Assembly (NCBI GenBank): GCA_027488755.1
Contig: JAIYAZ010000015.1
Span: 16,913-80,912 of the forward strand
Source of the DNA: Verrucomicrobiaceae bacterium
Lineage (GTDB): Bacteria; Verrucomicrobiota; Verrucomicrobiia; Chthoniobacterales; JAATET01
Length of the DNA: 64,000 nucleotides
Direction of reading: 5' to 3'
The notes under the pieces were generated by a model, which made no database searches, was not told the origin of the DNA, and worked only from the letters and a program-made list of their open reading frames with translations. Positions within the stretch are counted from its first letter, which is position 1; the number at the start of each line of letters is the position of its first letter. A program made the translations under genes and the position numbers. Below are positions 57,802-64,000 of the stretch, piece after piece.

Positions 57802-59507
57802 AGTCCCGCGAACGCCTCCCCCTCGGATCCATCGCCGTCTACGCCTTCACGGCGGTCTTCTTCGCGCTCTTTTTCCTCCTCCCGATCTGGGAGACCCTAG
57901 GCGGCGCCTTCCGCGCCCCCGATGGCTCGATCACCTTCGTCTACATCATCGAGGTCTTCCGCAACCCCATCTATCTTGAGGGCCTGTGGAACTCCGTGCT
58001 GATGGCCGTCTTCAGCACCGCCCTCACGCTCGCCATCGCCCTCCCCCTCGCATTCCTCACCGACCGCTACCTCTTCCCGGGGAAGGGCCTCTTCTCCGCC
58101 CTCATCCTCATTCCGATGATCCTCCCGCCCTTCGTCGGCGCCATCGGCGTGAAACAAATCCTCGGCCAGGAAGGCGCCCTCAACGCCCTGCTCGCCAGCC
58201 TCGGCCTCCTCGACCCGGCCACCCCCATCGACTGGCTCGGCCAGAGCCGCCTCACCGGCGTCGTGGTGATGAACGCCCTCCACCTCTACCCCATTCTCTA
58301 CCTCAACCTCGTCGCCGCCCTCGCCAACGTCGACCCCGCCATGGAGGAAGCCGCCGAAAACCTCGGCTGCACCGGCCTGCGCAAATTCCGCAAGATCACC
58401 CTCCCCCTCATCATGCCCGGCCTCTTCGCCGGCGGCACCATCGTCTTCATCTGGGCCTTCACCGAACTCGGCGTGCCCCTCATGTTCGACTTCCAGCGCG
58501 TCACCTCGGTCCAGATTTTCAGCGGCATCAAGGACATCGGCGGGAACCCGTTCCCCTTCGCCCTCGTCGCCGTCATGCTCGTCTCCACCGTCCTGCTCTA
58601 CGCCGCCAGCAAACTCGCCTTCGGCCGCGCCAGCCATGCCATGATGGCCAAGGCCACCAGCCAGGGCGGCCCCCGCGCCCTCAGCCCCCTCGCCGGTTGG
58701 CTCGTCACCGGCTTCTTCGCCCTCCTCACCTTCGTCGCCGTCCTCCCCCACATCGGCGTCGTCCTCGTTGCCTTCTCCCGCGACTGGTATGGCACGATCC
58801 TGCCCTCCGGCTGGACGCTCGACCACTTCAGCGCCGCCCTCGGCCACGACCTCACCCTCCCCTCCATTCAAAACAGCCTCAAATACGCCTCCCTCGCCAC
58901 CCTCGTGGACCTCGTGCTCGGCGTCGCCATCGCCTACGTCGTCACCCGCACGAAACTCCCCGGCCGCCAGATCCTCGACGCCATGGCCATGCTCCCCCTC
59001 GCCGTGCCCGGCCTCGTCCTCGCCTTCGGCTACCTCGCCATGACCCAGCCCGGCAAATGGTTCGGCTTCATGAACCCCGCCGTCGACCCCCTGCTCATCC
59101 TCGTCATCGCCTACAGCGTCCGCCGCCTGCCCTACGTCGTCCGCAGCGCCGCCGCCGGCTTCCAGCAAACCAGCGTCACCCTCGAGGAAGCCGCCCACAA
59201 CCTCGGCTGCCCGCCCCTGCGCACCCTCCGCAAAATCACCATCCCCCTCATCGCCGCGAACCTCACCGCCGGCGCGCTCCTCGCCTTCTCCTTCGCCATG
59301 CTCGAAGTCAGCGACAGCCTCATCCTCGCGCAAAAGCAGCAGGACTTCCCCATCACCAAGGCGATTTACGAACTCTACCAGCTCCTCGGCGACGGCCGCT
59401 TCATCGCCAGCGCGCTCGGCGTCTGGGCCATGGTGTTCCTCGCCGTCACCATCCTCGGCGCCAGCCTCATCCTCGGCAAAAAACTCGGCGCCATCTTCCG
59501 CGTCTGA
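57798..59507 (+). CDS. ABC transporter permease, duplicated (two-module FbpB/PotBC-like)
   Basis: Start at ATG 57798 (MKSRERLPLGSIAVYAF..). 12 TM segments with two EAA loops (EEAAENLGCTGLRKFRKITLPL and EEAAHNLGCPPLRTLRKITIPL). The 996-aa ORF in the track is a 5' extension. Confidence 0.85.
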   Translation: MKSRERLPLGSIAVYAFTAVFFALFFLLPIWETLGGAFRAPDGSITFVYIIEVFRNPIYLEGLWNSVLMAVFSTALTLAIALPLAFLTDRYLFPGKGLFSALILIPMILPPFVGAIGVKQILGQEGALNALLASLGLLDPATPIDWLGQSRLTGVVVMNALHLYPILYLNLVAALANVDPAMEEAAENLGCTGLRKFRKITLPLIMPGLFAGGTIVFIWAFTELGVPLMFDFQRVTSVQIFSGIKDIGGNPFPFALVAVMLVSTVLLYAASKLAFGRASHAMMAKATSQGGPRALSPLAGWLVTGFFALLTFVAVLPHIGVVLVAFSRDWYGTILPSGWTLDHFSAALGHDLTLPSIQNSLKYASLATLVDLVLGVAIAYVVTRTKLPGRQILDAMAMLPLAVPGLVLAFGYLAMTQPGKWFGFMNPAVDPLLILVIAYSVRRLPYVVRSAAAGFQQTSVTLEEAAHNLGCPPLRTLRKITIPLIAANLTAGALLAFSFAMLEVSDSLILAQKQQDFPITKAIYELYQLLGDGRFIASALGVWAMVFLAVTILGASLILGKKLGAIFRV

Positions 59508-59679
59508 CCCTCCCGCCAAGGCACCCGGTGTTCGGCGCAATTCCGCCCCGCCCCCCTTACCCCCACCGCGTCCCGCGACCCCGGCGCAGGCCCTCCCCGC
59601 CTTCCCCCCGGCCTTCGCGGCTTTGCGAAAGAATCCGGCTTGTCACCCGGCCCGCGATGCTCCATTCCATGCGGGACGC

Positions 59680-60840
59680 ATGAAGATTCTCCCTCTCGCA
59701 GTGGCCGCTTTGGGCATCGTGGCATGGACCGGGTGCGACGGGGGCGGCAGCCCCTCCGTCAAGATCGGCCTCAACACCGAACTCACCGGGGAAATGCCCG
59801 CCGTCGGCGCCTCCTCCAAAAACGCCGCCGAACTCTTCACCAGCCAGATCAACGCCGCCGGCGGCATCGACGTCGGCGGCCAGAAACTCCCGCTCAAACT
59901 CGTCATCGGCGACAACGGCGCAAAGGCCGACCAGGCCGCCGCCATCGCCCAGCGCCTCATCTCGCAGGATGGCGTGCTCGCCATGATCGGCCCCGACGCC
60001 AGCGCCTGCGCCATCCCCGCCTCCGAGATCGCCGAAAACCTGAAGTGCCCGATGATCTCCCCTTGGTCCACCAACCCGAAGACCACGCTCGACTCCACCA
60101 CCGGCAAACCCAAGGCCTACGTCTTCCGCGCCTGCTTCACCGACACCTTCCAGGCCGGCGTGCTCGCGAAGTTCGTGCTGAACAACCTCGAGGCCAAAAC
60201 CGCCGCCGTGCTCTACGACGTCGCCAGCGAGGCCCCCAACGGCCAGGCCACCCTCTTCAAGGAAACCTTCGAGGCCAACGGCGGCACGATCGTCAGCTTC
60301 GAGACCTACACCACCGGCGACCGCGATTTTTCCGCCCAACTCACGAAAATCAAGGCCACCAACCCCGATGTCATCTTCCTGCCCGCCTACTACAACGATG
60401 TGCCGCTCATCGCCCAGCAGGCTCGCCGTCTCGGCATCACCGCGCCCTTCGTTGGCAGCGACGCGTGGAGCTCGCCGGAGATCATCAAGCTCGGCGGCGC
60501 GGACATCGACGGCTCCTACTTCTGCAACCACTACTCGACGCAAATCGCCACGCCCGTCGCGCAAAAATTCGTCGCGGACTACCAGACCAAATACGGCCAA
60601 CCGCCCGACGACGTCGCCGCCCTCACCTACGACGCGCTTGGCCTCCTCGTCGAGGCCATCAAGGCCGGCGGCAAGCTTGACCGCACGGCCATTCGCGACG
60701 CCCTCTCGAAGATCGAAAAATACGACGGCATCACCGGCACCATGCAGTTCCAACCGCCCAGCGGCGATCCGATCAAGAGCGCCGTCGTCCTCCAGATCAA
60801 GGACGGCAAATTCGTCTGGGTCGCCAACGCGCAGCCGTAA
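59680..60840 (+). CDS. branched-chain amino acid ABC transporter substrate-binding lipoprotein (LivJ/LivK-like)
   Basis: Start at ATG 59680. Lipobox ..AWTGC. Type-I PBP pattern: KIGLNTELTGEMPAVG.., ..GPDASACAIPA.., ..DVIFLPAYYND... Confidence 0.85.
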   Translation: MKILPLAVAALGIVAWTGCDGGGSPSVKIGLNTELTGEMPAVGASSKNAAELFTSQINAAGGIDVGGQKLPLKLVIGDNGAKADQAAAIAQRLISQDGVLAMIGPDASACAIPASEIAENLKCPMISPWSTNPKTTLDSTTGKPKAYVFRACFTDTFQAGVLAKFVLNNLEAKTAAVLYDVASEAPNGQATLFKETFEANGGTIVSFETYTTGDRDFSAQLTKIKATNPDVIFLPAYYNDVPLIAQQARRLGITAPFVGSDAWSSPEIIKLGGADIDGSYFCNHYSTQIATPVAQKFVADYQTKYGQPPDDVAALTYDALGLLVEAIKAGGKLDRTAIRDALSKIEKYDGITGTMQFQPPSGDPIKSAVVLQIKDGKFVWVANAQP

Positions 60841-60884
60841 GGAATGAACCGGGAGCGCAGGGAGAACCTCCGCCGAAATCCCGC

Positions 60885-60911
60885 CTCCATGGTCTCCATG
60901 CCCTCCATGGT
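60885..60911. repeat. three tandem 9-bp units CTCCATGGT / CTCCATGCC / CTCCATGGT in the livJ-livH spacer
   Basis: Read directly from the sequence. It lies in an 87-nt intergenic insert inside the liv operon. Confidence 0.85.
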
Positions 60912-60927
60912 TACCCTCGACCGATAG

Positions 60928-61812
60928 ATGCTCGAATACCTCGCCCAGCAGTCGATCAACGCCCTCCAGCTCGGGTCGATCTACGCCCTCATCGCGCTCG
61001 GCTACAGCATGGTCTACGGCGTGCTGACGATGATTAATTTCGCGCACGGCGACCTCTTCATGCTCGGCGCCTTCGCCTGCATGGTCCTCGCGCTCCTGCT
61101 CCCCGTGCCCCTCCCCTTCGTGGTCGTGCTCCTGCTCGTCATGGCCCTCATCGGCCTGCTCGGCGCGCTCATCGAACGCCTCGCCTACCGCCCGTTGCGC
61201 CACGCCCCGCGGGTCTCCGCCATCATCACCGCCCTCGGATGCGGCCTCGTGATCTCCAACCTCACGCTCGTCCAGTTCCCCTACGCCCAGCGCATGCCGA
61301 CGCTCTTCACGAGCACGACCTACGAATTCCTCGGCCTCACGATCTCCTCGCTCCAGCTCCTCATCATCGGCGTCTCGATCGCGCTCATGCTCGGCCTCGA
61401 TTTCCTCATCCGCCGCACGCGCTACGGCATCGCGATGCGCGCCATCTCCTTCGACTCCCGCACCGTCCCGCTCATGGGAATCTCCCCCGACCTCGTCATC
61501 TCGCTCACCTTCCTCGTCGGGGCCGGCCTGGGCGGAGCCGCCGGCGTGCTTTACGGCCTCGCCTACCCCGTCATCGCCCCGTCCATGGGTGTCCTCGTCG
61601 GCTGGAAGGCCTTCATCGCGGCCGTCATCGGCGGCATCGGCAGCGTGCGCGGCGCCGTGCTCGGCGGCTTCATCCTCGGCACGGTCGAGGTCATGACCGT
61701 CGCCTTCCTGCCCTCCACCTTCCGCGACCTCATCAGCTACTCGCTCCTGCTCGTCATCCTCATCTTCAAACCCTACGGCCTCCTCGGCCGCGCCCCGAAC
61801 CAGAAGGTATGA
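60928..61812 (+). CDS. livH: branched-chain amino acid ABC transporter permease LivH
   Basis: Reads MLEYLAQQSINALQLGSIYALIALGYSMVYGVLTMINFAHGDLFMLGAF. This is the canonical LivH N-terminus. Confidence 0.9.
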   Translation: MLEYLAQQSINALQLGSIYALIALGYSMVYGVLTMINFAHGDLFMLGAFACMVLALLLPVPLPFVVVLLLVMALIGLLGALIERLAYRPLRHAPRVSAIITALGCGLVISNLTLVQFPYAQRMPTLFTSTTYEFLGLTISSLQLLIIGVSIALMLGLDFLIRRTRYGIAMRAISFDSRTVPLMGISPDLVISLTFLVGAGLGGAAGVLYGLAYPVIAPSMGVLVGWKAFIAAVIGGIGSVRGAVLGGFILGTVEVMTVAFLPSTFRDLISYSLLLVILIFKPYGLLGRAPNQKV

Positions 61813-62774
61813 GCGCCCTCCTCGCCACGCTCGCCCGCCAGCGCTGGCCCCTGCCCGCCCTCGTCGCGGCCGGCTTCGCCTTCTGCCTCGCCGCGCAGTT
61901 CGTGCCCGGCCTCATCAACGGCTACACCCAGTTCGTGCTCATCACCGTGGGCATCAACATCATCCTCTGCGCGAGCCTCAACCTCGTGAACGGCTACATG
62001 GGCGAGTTCTCCGTCGGCCACGCCGGATTCATGAGCCTCGGGGCTTACGCCGCCGCCATCTGCACCACGAAATGGCTGCCCGCCACCCCCGCGACGTTCT
62101 TTCTCGCCGTGCTCTTCGGCGGCGCCATCGCCGCCGCCATCGGCTTCCTCCTCGCACTGCTTTCCTTCAAAACCCGCGGCGACTACCTCGCGATCATCAC
62201 CCTCGCGTTCCTCATGATCGTGAAGTCCGCGTGGGAAAACATCCCCTACGTCGGCGGCCCCCGCGGCGTGCTCGGCATCGACCCGCTCACCACCCTCCCG
62301 TGGACGTTCTTCTGGGTCGTCGTCACGATCTGGGTGCTACGCAACCTCGTTTACTCGAAGTTCGGCCGCGCCATCTTCGCCATCCGCGAGGATGAAATCG
62401 CCGCCCACGCCATGGGCGTTCGCGTCCGCGAGGCGAAGATTCTCGCCTTCGTCGTCTCATCCTTCTTCGGCGGCGTCGCCGGCGCGCTCTTCGCCCACCA
62501 GCTCCAGTTCATCAACCCCGCGTCGTTCGACATCGTCAAATCCACCGAGATCCTCGTCATGGTCTACCTTGGCGGCATCGCCTCGCTCGGCGGCTCCATT
62601 CTCGGCGCCGTCATCTTCACGCTGCTCTCCCAGGCGCTGCAGCCCCTCGGGACCTGGCGCATGGTCATCCTCCCGCTCATCCTCGTCCTGCTCATGCTCT
62701 TCCGCCCCCGCGGCATTATGGGCCTGCGCGAACTCCCCTGGTTCCTGCCCCGGCGCGAGCTGAAGAAAAAATGA
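61809..62774 (+). CDS. livM: branched-chain amino acid ABC transporter permease LivM
   Basis: Start at ATG 61809, overlapping the livH stop (ATGA). Reads ..INIILCASLNLVNGYMGEFSVGHAGFMSLGAY... Confidence 0.9.
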   Translation: MSALLATLARQRWPLPALVAAGFAFCLAAQFVPGLINGYTQFVLITVGINIILCASLNLVNGYMGEFSVGHAGFMSLGAYAAAICTTKWLPATPATFFLAVLFGGAIAAAIGFLLALLSFKTRGDYLAIITLAFLMIVKSAWENIPYVGGPRGVLGIDPLTTLPWTFFWVVVTIWVLRNLVYSKFGRAIFAIREDEIAAHAMGVRVREAKILAFVVSSFFGGVAGALFAHQLQFINPASFDIVKSTEILVMVYLGGIASLGGSILGAVIFTLLSQALQPLGTWRMVILPLILVLLMLFRPRGIMGLRELPWFLPRRELKKK

Positions 62775-63541
62775 GCGCCCTCCTCGAAATTCGCAACGTC
62801 ACCCAGCGCTTCGGCGGCCTCTGCGCGATCTCGGCCTGCAGCCTCACCGTCGAAGCCGGCCGCACCCACGGCATCATCGGCCCGAACGGCGCCGGCAAAA
62901 CCACGCTCTTCAACCTCATCACCGGGATCTACAAACCCACCGAGGGCGACATCCGGTTCCGCGGCGCCTCCATCGCCGGCCACCGCCCCGGCCGCATCGC
63001 GCTCCAGGGCATCGGCCGCACCTTCCAAAACATCCGCCTCTGCCGCAGCCTCACCGTGCTCGACAACGTGCGCATCGCCTTCGACTCCCAGCTCCACTAC
63101 AACCCCGTCGAAGCCCTCTTCCGCCTGCCCCGCTCCGGCCGCGACGAACAACGCTCCATCGACGAAAGCCGCGCCCTGCTCGAACCCTTCGGCCTGCTCG
63201 AACACTCCGGGGACCTCGCCGGCGACCTCCCCTACGGCCACCAGCGCAAACTCGAAATCGCCCGCGCCCTCGCGCTCAAACCCTCCCTCCTCCTGCTCGA
63301 CGAGCCCGCCGCCGGCCTCAACACCGGCGAGACCGCCGCCCTCACCGAGTTTCTCCGCTGGGTGCGTGACCACTTCCAAGTCACCCTCGTTCTCATCGAG
63401 CACCACATGCACCTCGTGATGAACCTCTGCGACCACCTCACCGTGCTCGACTTCGGCCAGACCATCGCCGACGGCACCCCCGCCGAAGTCCGCGCCAATC
63501 CCCGCGTCATCGAAGCCTACCTCGGCGGCACCGAAGAATGA
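62771..63541 (+). CDS. livG: branched-chain amino acid ABC transporter ATP-binding protein LivG
   Basis: Contains GPNGAGKTT, ..LPYGHQRKLEIARAL.., LLLDEPAAGL and IEHHM. Confidence 0.9.
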   Translation: MSALLEIRNVTQRFGGLCAISACSLTVEAGRTHGIIGPNGAGKTTLFNLITGIYKPTEGDIRFRGASIAGHRPGRIALQGIGRTFQNIRLCRSLTVLDNVRIAFDSQLHYNPVEALFRLPRSGRDEQRSIDESRALLEPFGLLEHSGDLAGDLPYGHQRKLEIARALALKPSLLLLDEPAAGLNTGETAALTEFLRWVRDHFQVTLVLIEHHMHLVMNLCDHLTVLDFGQTIADGTPAEVRANPRVIEAYLGGTEE

Positions 63542-63548
63542 ACGTTCT

Positions 63549-63615
63549 CCCGCAAAGCCGCGAAGCCGCGAAGAAATCCTCCTTTTTTCCCATCGCGCCT
63601 TCGCACCTTCGCGGG
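63549..63615. repeat. REP-like imperfect inverted repeat (22-nt arms, 23-nt loop) in the livG-livF spacer
   Basis: The arms cccgcaaagccgcgaagccgcg (63549-63570) and cgcgccttcgcaccttcgcggg (63594-63615) are 18/22 complementary. Each arm itself contains a duplicated GCGAAG/CTTCGC core. Confidence 0.6.
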
Positions 63616-63634
63616 CCCTTCCCTCCGATTTGCC

Positions 63635-64000
63635 ATGCTCCTCGTTGAAAACCTCACCGTCTCCTACGGCGACATTCACGCCGTGAAGGGCATTTCCTTC
63701 GAAGTCCAGGCCGGGGAAATCTTCACCCTCATCGGCGCAAACGGCGCCGGCAAAACCTCCACCCTCCGCGCCATCTCCGGCCTCCTCCGGCCCGGCGGCA
63801 CCGTGCGCCTGGACGGACGCGACCTGCGCGGCCTCGCCGCCGAACGCATCGTCGCCCTTGGCATGGCCCACGTCCCCGAGGGCCGCGGCATCTTTGGCAA
63901 CCTCACCGTGCAGGAAAACCTCACCCTCGGCGCCTGGACCCGCCGCGACGGCAAGGCCGCCATCGCCGCCGACCTCGACCGCCTCCTCACCGCCCTGCCC
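63635..64000 (+). CDS. livF: branched-chain amino acid ABC transporter ATP-binding protein LivF (5' part, runs off right edge)
   Basis: Not in the ORF track because it is open at the edge. Manual translation gives MLLVENLTVSYGDIHAVKGISFEVQAGEIFTLIGANGAGKTSTLRAISGLLRPGGTVRLDGRDL..HVPEGRGIFGNLTVQENL. Confidence 0.85.
   Translation, partial: MLLVENLTVSYGDIHAVKGISFEVQAGEIFTLIGANGAGKTSTLRAISGLLRPGGTVRLDGRDLRGLAAERIVALGMAHVPEGRGIFGNLTVQENLTLGAWTRRDGKAAIAADLDRLLTALP

Noticed and set aside
59518-59540. GGCAC-N-TTCG string upstream of the liv operon considered as a sigma-54 (-24/-12) promoter, given that rpoN is in the window
   Set aside because: The spacing and the -12 element do not fit TGGCAC-N5-TTGCW: TC sits where GC is required. 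No enhancer-binding-protein gene is adjacent. A similar weak match near 55130 was also discarded.

Overview
This is a GC-rich, densely packed, mostly housekeeping chromosomal segment. Codon third positions are almost all G/C. I count about 60 protein genes, 2 tRNAs, no rRNA, no CRISPR array, and no recognisable transposon, prophage or defence island. Gene content and style suggest a Verrucomicrobiota/Opitutales-like organism: sigma-54, a DUF4912-like protein, a TIGR04073-like protein, weak Shine-Dalgarno use, and many 4-bp start/stop overlaps. That taxonomic guess is inference only.

Operons readable directly from overlapping ATGA/GTGA/TTGA junctions:
- small ORF-pyrR-pyrB-pyrC-tgt (-)
- gap-pgk-tpiA (+)
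- purE-sua5-murJ (-)
- htrA-RND-MFP-regulator (-)
- ECF-like sigma/anti-sigma (-)
- PAP2-ArnT-like-GT2 (+)
- a potA-type ABC importer (+)
- a livJHMGF branched-chain amino-acid importer (+, runs off the right edge)
- a trpE 5' end that runs off the left edge

Many very long ORFs in the supplied track are antisense or 5'-extended artefacts of the high GC content. I corrected starts where motifs and overlaps allowed.

I did not find a convincing self-contained novel multi-gene system. The items most worth a second look are:
1. An in-frame LMW-phosphatase::SHMT fusion.
2. A translationally coupled trio of orphan membrane protein, catalytically degenerate ABC ATPase and HpnD-like synthase.
3. An unannotated 53-codon secreted Cys/Lys peptide gene with its own terminator.
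4. A DUF4912-like protein with a 24-nt-period Ser-Trp repeat array.
5. A PyrR-box-like, SD-sequestering leader in front of pyrR.
6. REP-like repeat/hairpin inserts inside the liv operon.
7. A rare-codon AT-rich island inside the xer recombinase gene.
8. A G-quadruplex motif plus a perfect palindrome downstream of rpmB.

All family assignments come from motif recognition by eye. No database search was run.
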